Below are positions 1 to 8,496 of a stretch of DNA of 64,000 nucleotides, in pieces. Each line of letters begins with the position of its first letter. Position 1 is the stretch's first letter. Location: the IMG/VR virus record IMGVR_UViG_3300044796_000394; one strand, 5' to 3'. The stretch is from a virus. Its lineage: Duplodnaviria; Heunggongvirae; Uroviricota; Caudoviricetes. A model generated the notes under the pieces. The model ran no database searches, was not told the origin of the DNA, and saw only the letters and a list, made by a program, of their open reading frames with translations. Both the position numbers and the translations under genes were made by a program.

Positions 1-2
1 TA

Positions 3-821
3 GCAGTTCCGGGGCACCCAAGTACAGCCAACATTCTCGGATTGTTGGACTTCTGTGAAAACGTGCGTGAAGACTGTTTCTCTGTCATTGAACCTCCATT
101 CGGCTTGAGTGTAACGGAAATTATTCACTGGCAGAATGGTACTCACCCGCTCAACGACACAAGATTTGATAGCAACTTTGGTTCGCTTTACTGGCCGTGG
201 GTTAAAGTTCGTGATACCTTCAACCGTGTTGATGTATGGGTTCCGCCAGCAGGCGTTGTATTGGGTGCTATCGCAAGATCAGACACCATTGCGGCTCCTT
301 GGATCGCACCAGCAGGCACCACCCGTGGTCTCTGCCCAACAGTCCTCGACGTATTCACCCGTCCTACGCTTGCAGAGCGGGACTCAATGTATGGAAATCG
401 CAATGCGGTCAATCCGATTGTTAACTTCCCAGACATTGAAGCATTCGTCATTATGGGTAACAAGACGCTTCAACGCCTTCCATCGGCTTTGGATCGCATC
501 AATGTTCGCCGGATGATGTTGTATGTTGAAAAACAAATCAAGAATGCTTCACGTGATCTGTTGTTTGAACCTAATGACTCTGTCACGTGGTCGAGATTCG
601 TCTCAATCGCCACTGGTATTCTTGACACGGTTAAGAACGGTCGTGGCATCACAGACTACAAAGTTCAATGTGACGATCAATTGAATACCGCCGATGTAGT
701 AGATCGCAATGAAATGCGAGCAAGAATTGGCATCATCCCGACTAAGGCAGTTGAGTTCATCTTCATTGAGTTCTCGATCTTCCGAACGGGAACTGCTTTC
801 ACCGAGAGCACAACTTTCTAA
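3..821 (+). CDS. Tail sheath protein, C-terminal part (gene starts before the window)
   Basis: Frame open from base 3; sheath motifs YWPWVKV, PWIAPAG..RG, GNKTLQ..SALDRINVRR, LFEPND, P.KAVEFI.IEF (T4 gp18 family). Confidence 0.95.
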   Translation, partial: AVPGHPSTANILGLLDFCENVREDCFSVIEPPFGLSVTEIIHWQNGTHPLNDTRFDSNFGSLYWPWVKVRDTFNRVDVWVPPAGVVLGAIARSDTIAAPWIAPAGTTRGLCPTVLDVFTRPTLAERDSMYGNRNAVNPIVNFPDIEAFVIMGNKTLQRLPSALDRINVRRMMLYVEKQIKNASRDLLFEPNDSVTWSRFVSIATGILDTVKNGRGITDYKVQCDDQLNTADVVDRNEMRARIGIIPTKAVEFIFIEFSIFRTGTAFTESTTF

Positions 822-832
822 TAGGAATAAAT

Positions 833-1453
833 ATGGCAAGAAATTCTTGTACTGATTATACAACGTCTGCGAATACCGTATTTAGCAGCACCCCCGCTGC
901 CAGTGGCAACATGGGCATCGGGGCTTTGGGTGATCAGAACACTCTGTTGAAACGGAAGTTTCGGTTCCTCTTTGGTATCGATTTCTGTAATCACTCTAAG
1001 CAAGTCAGTCCTTCATTCGTCAAGATGGCTTCACGGCCTGACATTACGATTGAAGACACTGAGTTGCACTTTTTGAATGAAACGACTTGGATTCCCGGCA
1101 AAGCCAAATGGGAAACCATCACGGTAACCTACTACGACGTAGCAGGTGCTCAAAATGCGGGTCTGTATTCGTGGCTTGCTACGGTATATGACTTTACTAG
1201 CCAATGTCGCACAATGGCCTCCAAGCCAATTGACTACGCTGGTACGGCACACCTAGTTATGTTGGATGGTTGCGGCAACCCACTTGAAAAATGGACACTC
1301 GGCAACTTGTGGCCAACCTCAGTCAAGTTCGGTGAAGTAGGCTACGACTCAAGTGATGTAGCTGAAGTAGAACTGACTTTGCGTTATTCAAACGTAACTT
1401 ACGTCAGCTTCTGTGGCCCACAACCTGATATTTGCCCTTGCTCAACCTGCTAA
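833..1453 (+). CDS. Tail tube protein (T4 gp19-like)
   Basis: Follows the sheath gene; KRKFRF..ASRP.I..GKAKWETITVTYYD, W.L.NLWPTSV.FGE..YDSSD..E.ELTLRY. Confidence 0.9.
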   Translation: MARNSCTDYTTSANTVFSSTPAASGNMGIGALGDQNTLLKRKFRFLFGIDFCNHSKQVSPSFVKMASRPDITIEDTELHFLNETTWIPGKAKWETITVTYYDVAGAQNAGLYSWLATVYDFTSQCRTMASKPIDYAGTAHLVMLDGCGNPLEKWTLGNLWPTSVKFGEVGYDSSDVAEVELTLRYSNVTYVSFCGPQPDICPCSTC

Positions 1454-1457
1454 TCCA

Positions 1458-1488
1458 ATAGTAGACAATACAAAGTATTGTCTACTAT
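1458..1488. other. Perfect 14-bp inverted repeat (hairpin) between the two tube genes
   Basis: ATAGTAGACAATAC-AAA-GTATTGTCTACTAT. Confidence 0.7.
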
Positions 1489-1496
1489 CTTAATAC

Positions 1497-2072
1497 ATGG
1501 CTAGAAACTTATTAGAAATTGATCCGGCGAGTCAGACCGATTGTAACATCATGGGTCTGTCTCATGGGTTAAATCTTAACGAACTCTCTCCAAAGCAAAA
1601 GCACCGTTGGTTGTTCAGCATTCCTGATGTGTCTGCTCAACCCAATAGTACCAAGACTCTACCGCCACGTAAAGGCGCACGTCCCGGCGTGTCTTTTAAA
1701 GAACAAGAATTCCAACATCTTTCCGAAACGATTTATTATCCACTCAAAGCTGAATGGAAAACGGTCAACCTCGTACTTTATGACATTAGATGTAACAAGA
1801 ATCCTGTTTTTGATTGGCTAAGACGGATATACACACTTTCCAATAACAGTAGCAACAGTTTAACATTTAATCCTTGCCAACTTCTAGGTAGCGAGTTCAA
1901 AAAGGACAAAGCCCTTTTGGAACTTTACGACGGTTGTGGCAACACATTAGAACAATGGACTTTTGAGAACATTTACCCAAGTAGCATTGATTGGGGTGAT
2001 CTGGATATGGACTCATCCGATATAGTCGTGGTCGATCTCACACTCAGATACGACAGAGCATACATGTCATAA
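1497..2072 (+). CDS. Second tail tube-like protein (gp19 paralog)
   Basis: PKQKHRW, ARP, W..V.L.LYD, YDGCGN.LEQW..ENIYP.SIDWGDLD.DSSD..V.LTLRYDRA; clearly similar to 833..1453. Confidence 0.88.
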   Translation: MARNLLEIDPASQTDCNIMGLSHGLNLNELSPKQKHRWLFSIPDVSAQPNSTKTLPPRKGARPGVSFKEQEFQHLSETIYYPLKAEWKTVNLVLYDIRCNKNPVFDWLRRIYTLSNNSSNSLTFNPCQLLGSEFKKDKALLELYDGCGNTLEQWTFENIYPSSIDWGDLDMDSSDIVVVDLTLRYDRAYMS

Positions 2073-2078
2073 ATTTTG

Positions 2079-2107
2079 TTGACATATTCCTTCGTTTAAG
2101 TTATCAT
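2079..2107 (+). promoter_or_regulatory. Sigma70-type promoter
   Basis: TTGACA-17 bp-TATCAT upstream of 2140. Confidence 0.6.
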
Positions 2108-2139
2108 GTTTCCTTGTAATTTATTCATGGAGATGCGAT

Positions 2140-2676
2140 ATGTCTAACGTTGCCGTACCCAAGAATCTTGGAAAATTGTCAGCAACAAAAATTGTTTATT
2201 ATGCCATGAGCAAAGGATTAACTACAAGCAAAGACATTAGGGCATTTTTTGACAAATGCGACAAGACAGGCAGACGAAAAACTATCGTAATGGGCAAAGG
2301 GACTTTATCTACCGTCCGATCACAATACCTACTCTCAGTTCGCACTCATAATCCCGATCTCGATAATAAAATCTGCGAAATATTTGACAATGGATTCCTT
2401 GGGAATCTAATAGATGCCATTATCGTCAAGCCGGGCATTAGTAGAAGTGAAATTCGGGTATTCTTATACGGCACTATAAAAAGAGTGTTATCTGATACTA
2501 CTCTCAGCGAGTTGAAAGAAGCAGAAATTCTTACTTGCGAGATGGCTACAACAGGACATCCAAGCCAATTAATGCCAATTGACATTAAACAATTAAAAAA
2601 ACATCAACTGTATTATCACCTCGAAACACTCAAGCAAAGATATACCAAAAAAGAAATTCTAGATGCATTGCGTTAA
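2140..2676 (+). CDS. Hypothetical protein
   Basis: 178-aa ORF with GGAG SD, upstream promoter and downstream terminator. Confidence 0.7.
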   Translation: MSNVAVPKNLGKLSATKIVYYAMSKGLTTSKDIRAFFDKCDKTGRRKTIVMGKGTLSTVRSQYLLSVRTHNPDLDNKICEIFDNGFLGNLIDAIIVKPGISRSEIRVFLYGTIKRVLSDTTLSELKEAEILTCEMATTGHPSQLMPIDIKQLKKHQLYYHLETLKQRYTKKEILDALR

Positions 2677-2678
2677 AC

Positions 2679-2707
2679 AAAAAACCCCTCGTTTAGAGGG
2701 GTTTTTT
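2679..2707. terminator. Bidirectional intrinsic terminator
   Basis: AAAAAACCCCTC-GTTTA-GAGGGGTTTTTT between convergent genes. Confidence 0.85.
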
Positions 2708-2712
2708 ATAAG

Positions 2713-2910
2713 TTATTCTAATACAATTGCACCGTTAACTTTTGTTTTTACAATAGCAAACAAATCAACGTCCACGTTGCCTGTATCCAAGGTGTCAAAG
2801 TCCATGCCATAAATGTCACGACCAACCACCCGATAAGCCTCTTCTTCATTCTTGGCATTCACAACAAATACCCGACTTGAAGATGATTCAATAGCTACAA
2901 ACTGTTTCAT
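2713..2910 (-). CDS. Hypothetical protein
   Basis: 65-aa ORF with SD, packed in a minus-strand run. Confidence 0.6.
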   Translation of the reverse strand: MKQFVAIESSSSRVFVVNAKNEEEAYRVVGRDIYGMDFDTLDTGNVDVDLFAIVKTKVNGAIVLE

Positions 2911-2919
2911 AAGTTCCCT

Positions 2920-3144
2920 TTAAAATTCAATTCCAAGTACCTTTCGGCATTCGGCCAGTGCTTCTTCCAATTGTTTTGTCTTCCAAGCAAGTACACGACA
3001 GGCACCACTTTTGTTAAGTCTGCCTTTCTTAGTGTAAACCTTGTTTTCGTTTCCCAAAAGAGCTTCAATCAATTCCCCATGTCCACTTTCCATGAGCTTT
3101 TGAATTAACTCGCCCCGCTCCAACAAGTCAACCATGTTAGTCAT
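2920..3144 (-). CDS. Hypothetical protein
   Basis: 74-aa ORF (VYTKKGRLNKSGACRVL), packed in a minus-strand run. Confidence 0.65.
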   Translation of the reverse strand: MTNMVDLLERGELIQKLMESGHGELIEALLGNENKVYTKKGRLNKSGACRVLAWKTKQLEEALAECRKVLGIEF

Positions 3145-3214
3145 AATTTGCCCCGATGTGATTTATTGATGCTTTAATATAGTAACGGGCAATACCCCAA
3201 GTTAAGTTTTTTTA

Positions 3215-3670
3215 TTATTGTTCGTGACTTTCAATTTTGATTTCAGGTTTTTTATAGTTGTTTTTCTTTCTGGCCTTCATCGAATTGGTCTGACGATCAG
3301 AAGTTTTTTCCGATAGATGGTCATGGTAACGAATCTTCAGTTCATTATAATTTTTAGCAGTCCTGTAAAGTTGACGGAAGTGATTTAAAATAATCGTCGT
3401 ACAAAAGTTAAATGCACGACCCTTCTCTGGATCAAATCTATGCAGTTTTTCAAAGCAAATCAGCACACCTTCCTGCAAAGCATCATCCTTATCAACCAAC
3501 TGAAAACGAAACGCCCTAATGATATTCTTGGCAAGAAGATAAAAAGCTTCAGCTAATTCCACCCGTGCCTCTGCGAATTCTTTAGAGTTTTCCCCTAAAT
3601 TATCCTTGGTGGATTTGAAGCGACCGATAATCGCTTCGAACATGTGGTTATTCAAATATTCGATTTTCAT
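3215..3670 (-). CDS. Late-transcription sigma factor (T4 gp55-like)
   Basis: YLNN..F, LA.NI...F, DD..QEG...C......FDPEK..AF.F.T.I pattern typical of gp55-type sigma factors. Confidence 0.8.
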   Translation of the reverse strand: MKIEYLNNHMFEAIIGRFKSTKDNLGENSKEFAEARVELAEAFYLLAKNIIRAFRFQLVDKDDALQEGVLICFEKLHRFDPEKGRAFNFCTTIILNHFRQLYRTAKNYNELKIRYHDHLSEKTSDRQTNSMKARKKNNYKKPEIKIESHEQ

Positions 3671-3776
3671 AGGATTCCGGTTCTAAAAAAATTGTGAGAC
3701 TTGGCTATTAATTATTATGTATGCCACTTTCCATTAAAATAGAAAGAGTCGTTCTAAAATTATTAAAATCAATAAA

Positions 3777-3971
3777 TTGTTTACCGAAATGTTAAACAAT
3801 CCTTTCGCCGCCAAGGTCTATCGTGACATTGCGAAGTGTTATGCGGATGCAGGATATGTTAACGAGGCCACCGTTTTTTCGGAATTAGCCCAAGAGGTTT
3901 TTGATGAGTATCACAGCGCAAATCATTCTGATGCCGGGAGAGAACCTAACGAAAACGCTGGAAAGCCTTGA
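3777..3971 (+). CDS. Hypothetical protein
   Basis: 64-aa ORF overlapping the next gene; uncertain. Confidence 0.35.
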   Translation: MFTEMLNNPFAAKVYRDIAKCYADAGYVNEATVFSELAQEVFDEYHSANHSDAGREPNENAGKP

Positions 3972-4755
3972 CGGTCAAGTTTCTCACGCTTTGATCGGAC
4001 TCTACAAAGATGCTCATGTGGAAAAGCTCCCAAATTGGTGCAAGACCAAACCTGTCAACTCTCATTTCAACGAATGGCGCAACCAGAACCTCAAAGGCCA
4101 AACCCTTATCATCAATCCGGGGGAAGAACTGTCCGGCGATTTGGACATAGCAGAAGGAACGTACAGAGTATACGTCATGGATGAAATGTCAGTGTCAAAG
4201 GAAACTCGTATCGTTCAACCGGGCGACGGCAAATTCGTCAATCCAATTTACGAATGCTTTGATACGCCGCAAAGAAAAGAACTAGTTAACGTTTTTATCA
4301 AACCCATAGCAACGGGAAGTCATTTGGATTTAGTTGAAAAGTGGATCAAAGAAGAACCCGGTTCATGCGAAGCGGATTACTACAAAGCATTTGAATTGCT
4401 TAGTAAGAACGACACCAAGGGCTTCATCAAACAGGGCGAGTACTTCTTGTTCCGTACGGGCGAGAAGAACCGATCTTCCATGATCATGATGAAATACTAT
4501 TTGGGCGTGATGTTGTTGAGAGACGGACAACCCAACAAAGCAGCGAGCTACTTAATGGCGGGATTGGAAATGGCACCAACAATGGCAGAGTTTTGGTGCG
4601 GATTAGGAGATTGCTTCCGCAAGACGGGTCAAGCAATGAAAGCGATGAGAATGTACAAGAATGCTATTATTATGGGCAAGAAAAGAGATACTCAAGATGA
4701 CCTTCCAATCATCTTGAGTATGTATGAAGAATATCCTCAAGGGATGTTTTCATAA
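3901..4755 (+). CDS. TPR-repeat protein, possibly a degenerate glycosyltransferase-TPR
   Basis: C-terminal TPR-like helices (YYLG, P.MAEFWCGLGD..A...YKNA); N-terminus resembles a decayed GT2 domain. Confidence 0.65.
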   Translation: MMSITAQIILMPGENLTKTLESLDGQVSHALIGLYKDAHVEKLPNWCKTKPVNSHFNEWRNQNLKGQTLIINPGEELSGDLDIAEGTYRVYVMDEMSVSKETRIVQPGDGKFVNPIYECFDTPQRKELVNVFIKPIATGSHLDLVEKWIKEEPGSCEADYYKAFELLSKNDTKGFIKQGEYFLFRTGEKNRSSMIMMKYYLGVMLLRDGQPNKAASYLMAGLEMAPTMAEFWCGLGDCFRKTGQAMKAMRMYKNAIIMGKKRDTQDDLPIILSMYEEYPQGMFS

Positions 4756-5462
4756 ACTTGATTTTGAGAATATCTAATCACTTCCAAAGCTTGTTTTTCG
4801 TTACATCCATATAATCCCGAACCCCAAGCAGCATTGAGTTCAATCGCTGCCCAACCTCGATCCTTAATGACACCAACATCAATCACAATAGCTTTGGGTG
4901 TTTCTACTGATTGAAGAACTGATTCGGCAAATGCCACAGCTTCTTGTTTTTCTGGAAATGACGAATACCAATCTTCATCTTTTTGAAGCAGTCCATGCCG
5001 AAGATAAACCGATAAAGTTAACACCTTGCCGTTCAAGGCGAAACACCGAAATTCCTTTTCCCATTCTACTGATTCTTGTACCAAAACTGATATGTTGCCT
5101 TCAATATACTCTGGCAACTTATCATATACCTTGGCAGCGAACGATTTGTCATTGGGCGGCTTAACAAAACACGGAAGATGTTTTTTGGCATCTTCAAATG
5201 TCGTTAATAAAATTTCACGTTTTCTGAATTCCTCTGGCAACCTAACCAACCAGTCGTCAGGCGGCTCATTGGCTATTATACCTAATTGATCCGCAATCAT
5301 TGGTGTAAACAGCGATTCAACGTAAAGTACAGGATCGAAAAGAGGCTTATCGGGCAATCGCCAATTCTGCAATCGCTCAACATTCCAGCCCAATTCATGA
5401 GCCGTACGCCAAAGGCGTTGACTGTCACTGGTGTAACGAGAAGATAAGATAAGTGTCGGCAT
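4737..5462 (-). CDS. ATP-grasp domain protein (R2K/DUF4343-like)
   Basis: FVKP..DKSF.AKVY, V.W.KEFRCF, V.DVG.....GWA.IE.N.AW.SGLYGC; start MPTL. Confidence 0.8.
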   Translation of the reverse strand: MPTLILSSRYTSDSQRLWRTAHELGWNVERLQNWRLPDKPLFDPVLYVESLFTPMIADQLGIIANEPPDDWLVRLPEEFRKREILLTTFEDAKKHLPCFVKPPNDKSFAAKVYDKLPEYIEGNISVLVQESVEWEKEFRCFALNGKVLTLSVYLRHGLLQKDEDWYSSFPEKQEAVAFAESVLQSVETPKAIVIDVGVIKDRGWAAIELNAAWGSGLYGCNEKQALEVIRYSQNQVYENIP

Positions 5463-5463
5463 A

Positions 5464-5805
5464 TTAACCCCATATTCCAAAGCATTCATAGAAACCATTT
5501 AAGTCTGATCGAAAGATGTAGGCGGTGATTTCTTCACCGTCATGGTCGCCTTTCATTTCTACAAACTCTCTGTCATACAGGGCTTCGTGTAAATCAATTT
5601 CTTCAACATCTTCGTCGGGAACATCCCAAAGTTCGCCCTCTACCGAATAGCCATCCCCATCCGGAACAAGAGCCGGAAATTTGCCATTTTCAAACAGCCG
5701 GTAACACTCTTTTGTTTCGGCTTCGTTATCTACCAGTGTCGCATTTTCCAAATAATGGTTGTTGCGGTGCCCGGACTTTAACGTACCATAAACGAAAAGA
5801 AGCAT
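5464..5805 (-). CDS. Gamma-glutamylcyclotransferase (AIG2/YtfP-like)
   Basis: LFVYGTLK.G..N..YL, FPAL, V.GELW.V, D..E..Y.R. Confidence 0.9.
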   Translation of the reverse strand: MLLFVYGTLKSGHRNNHYLENATLVDNEAETKECYRLFENGKFPALVPDGDGYSVEGELWDVPDEDVEEIDLHEALYDREFVEMKGDHDGEEITAYIFRSDLNGFYECFGIWG

Positions 5806-5807
5806 AA

Positions 5808-6074
5808 TTAGCCCTTTCTCTTGGGTTTGGGTTTACTCATTGCTTCAACTGCTGCTTGTAGGGCTTTTTTCGCTTTTTTCGCCTTTTTGGGCGGTGAAAT
5901 CCAAGATCCATGTGCAGGGTCCCACGCATAAATATGACCACTTTGCAGATCAACAAAAGCCCACTTGTCCGGACAGTGCGTTTTGATCGGACCAAGCGGA
6001 AAAGTTTCTACGTATTCTTTAACGATTTCGCCTGTCAGCAATTTCGTTTCGTATTTCGGCGTCATTTTTGTCAT
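5808..6074 (-). CDS. Hypothetical protein
   Basis: ATGA-coupled to the upstream ATP-grasp gene; TxCPxKWAFVDL. Confidence 0.6.
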   Translation of the reverse strand: MTKMTPKYETKLLTGEIVKEYVETFPLGPIKTHCPDKWAFVDLQSGHIYAWDPAHGSWISPPKKAKKAKKALQAAVEAMSKPKPKRKG

Positions 6075-6829
6075 GGCAAAATCTCCAAAACGGCTTTCAA
6101 GATCGGAACAACATCGCACTTATAGATACCAGCTCCGTTGATCGGGCCGATTTCCATAAGTTTGAATCCATCATCCGTTAAGGCAACATCAGCTACATAT
6201 AATGGATGCGGATGCCACTTGGACGCTTCAATAAGATCGGCAGCAGCTTTCGGAAAACCATTTTCAGTTAACAGTCCACCTTCGCTGTATAGACTTCCCG
6301 TTATGACTTTGCCATTGGCCACAATCATACGGAATTCTTTTTTGATGACTTCAGGACGAGAAACAACACACAAAGTATCGTCTTTGGTGTTATACGTTCT
6401 GGCGTTCTTTTCCCATACCTTGTAATAATCCTTTTCAATCACCGCACCCGTAAACGTCTTATCGTTTGAATCGGGACGAATGAACATCCTATTATTAACA
6501 CCGAACATCTCATACAATTCATCCTTCAACCTCACCACTTCGGCGAATGGATAGAAGGCATACCGCTGTTGTACAAGGTCTTTGCCCCAATAAGGGTAAT
6601 AACCTTGGCAGGAAAGTTTGTGCCAGTCACACCACAGCGTCGGGCAATCAGGACGAGTCTGTAACTGTTTGATGAAATTGAGAGAACCGAAGAAAGTAGC
6701 CGGTTTGGGAAGGTCTTTTGTTTTGGCGTTAATGATCTGAACGTCCATGCCTAATTCTTGCGCAGCGTACCCCATCCGGTTGACTTCCCGGTGATCGTAA
6801 ACATGTTCTTCTATGAGGAGCGTTGGCAT
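6071..6829 (-). CDS. ATP-grasp domain protein (R2K-like), second paralog
   Basis: FIRP....KTFTG.V, I.KEFR..V.NGKVITGS.Y, YVADVA......K..EI......G.Y.CD. Confidence 0.8.
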   Translation of the reverse strand: MPTLLIEEHVYDHREVNRMGYAAQELGMDVQIINAKTKDLPKPATFFGSLNFIKQLQTRPDCPTLWCDWHKLSCQGYYPYWGKDLVQQRYAFYPFAEVVRLKDELYEMFGVNNRMFIRPDSNDKTFTGAVIEKDYYKVWEKNARTYNTKDDTLCVVSRPEVIKKEFRMIVANGKVITGSLYSEGGLLTENGFPKAAADLIEASKWHPHPLYVADVALTDDGFKLMEIGPINGAGIYKCDVVPILKAVLEILP

Positions 6830-6831
6830 GT

Positions 6832-7083
6832 CTATCTTTTATCAATTTGTTCATTATCGAGCTTGTCTTTAATGGACTGCTCATAGCGTGCGCCGAGATT
6901 CATTGCCGCACAGAAAGCATCCGCATCTTCTTGCCAAGCGAACGTTAACTCTGCGTTGTGCTTCATCATCAATACGCTCTTCTTTTTGGTGTTCATGATA
7001 CGGAAGTACTTCATCATCATACCCGGCCCCGCACCATCGGATCGAACGTAAGAAGATTCCATAACAACGTAAGCGTTACTCAT
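6832..7083 (-). CDS. Hypothetical protein
   Basis: 83-aa ORF with GAGG SD. Confidence 0.55.
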   Translation of the reverse strand: MSNAYVVMESSYVRSDGAGPGMMMKYFRIMNTKKKSVLMMKHNAELTFAWQEDADAFCAAMNLGARYEQSIKDKLDNEQIDKR

Positions 7084-7125
7084 GACAAACCCTCATGTGT
7101 TTATCCATGATAACACATTAGTAAA

Positions 7126-7716
7126 TTAAAATAAAGAGTTAAGATCGTTGACAATTGCTGTAACCTGATCTTGGAAACGGGCAATCTGTACAATCTTACG
7201 ACCACTTGGCAGCTTGTTTAACTCTTTTTCTAACTCATGGATTGTCGTATTGATGATCTTCCAATTCATTTGATTATCACGACTTTGCTGCATGACATCT
7301 TCGGCTGAACCAGTTGGCGAGACGGCAAAAATCGCATCAATGTCATTAACGACAACAGTGATCTTATCCCTGAATCGGGATGCTGCCATCATTCTCTTGC
7401 CCTTTGGAACTTCTTTCAAACGATCATTCAAATTGAAAACGTTACAATTAATAACCTTCCAATCGTTTCTGACTGCCTTGCGTTCCGCTTCTTCCTCTTC
7501 GGGCGTAATGACTTCTTTGGTTGGGAAATAAGACTGCAAACGATCCTTGTACTTTAACAAGGATCGCAGAAAGGTCATATTACATCCACAACCGGGATCT
7601 TTCAAAAATGATTTGATTTGCTCTGCGGACTCTGGAAACAGGTCTTGGAAACGCTTGTCCCAAAGTGCCTGTTTCAGATCCATTATCGTTACTTTATTCT
7701 TCATCCGAATCCTCAA
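7126..7716 (-). CDS. Hypothetical protein with an internal ~45-aa tandem duplication
   Basis: WKVINC..RFRDKITVVVND and WKIINT..RFQDQVTAIVND; PGCGCN motif. Confidence 0.75.
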   Translation of the reverse strand: MRIRMKNKVTIMDLKQALWDKRFQDLFPESAEQIKSFLKDPGCGCNMTFLRSLLKYKDRLQSYFPTKEVITPEEEEAERKAVRNDWKVINCNVFNLNDRLKEVPKGKRMMAASRFRDKITVVVNDIDAIFAVSPTGSAEDVMQQSRDNQMNWKIINTTIHELEKELNKLPSGRKIVQIARFQDQVTAIVNDLNSLF

Positions 7717-8083
7717 AAGTCGTCAATGAGACAATGTACACGTAGATAGCAGCGAATACCGGGGACAATAGGCTAATCATAAAGCCCCATACTAATGCCC
7801 AAAGTTCAAACCGACCGAACTCAGGCCCGAAGCCAGCGAACCGAGCAATAGCGAAAACGGCCAAGCCGCTCCAGAATCCGTTGCACTGGTGACAGTTCAT
7901 CATTTCTACGACTTTATCAAAGAACCATTCCAAGCACGAATAGTTTCCCCATCGCTTTTGTGGTGCTCCGTTTTCGTTTTCTTTAAAAATTAACCAATAC
8001 TTGAACGAACTCGCAATTGAGCTGTCGGCAAGAAGGTGGCTCAAACCGATACCACCTAAAATCATAAGTACAAAATTCAGCAT
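7694..8083 (-). CDS. Membrane protein, DUF1360-like
   Basis: Hydrophobic segments around C-x2-C-xGFW. Confidence 0.65.
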   Translation of the reverse strand: MLNFVLMILGGIGLSHLLADSSIASSFKYWLIFKENENGAPQKRWGNYSCLEWFFDKVVEMMNCHQCNGFWSGLAVFAIARFAGFGPEFGRFELWALVWGFMISLLSPVFAAIYVYIVSLTTFEDSDEE

Positions 8084-8086
8084 ATT

Positions 8087-8479
8087 TTACCGCCATGTGG
8101 ATAGATAAAGTTGATCCCCTTCTCGATAGACGAAAAACGCTTCCTTTATAATGGTCTCTGCGTTCAGTGTTTTCTCTGCTTCGCCTATCAAACAATTGTA
8201 GTGTTCAACTACATTAGTTGATATTTTCTCCACAACAACAACTTCGCCGAAATAGTCGGAAAGTAATTTAACTTCATCCCCATCGACGGTGTTCAAAAAA
8301 TCCAATATGACTTTTTGTCCCATCGCTTTCAGATCGGGCGACTGTTTGGATAAAGCCCATGTGTGGAAGAGGTGTTTTCGTTTAGGGAATTTTTTGCGCA
8401 ACTCGCTATCTTCAAAAACGAGTTTTTCAACATTATAAAGGGTAATTGTTTTAGCCATCATTATATTACAGTGGCACAA
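8087..8479 (-). CDS. Hypothetical protein
   Basis: ORF of up to 130 aa in the same operon; start uncertain. Confidence 0.6.
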   Translation of the reverse strand: MCHCNIMMAKTITLYNVEKLVFEDSELRKKFPKRKHLFHTWALSKQSPDLKAMGQKVILDFLNTVDGDEVKLLSDYFGEVVVVEKISTNVVEHYNCLIGEAEKTLNAETIIKEAFFVYREGDQLYLSTWR

Positions 8480-8496
8480 CCTAGAGAGTTAAAAAA

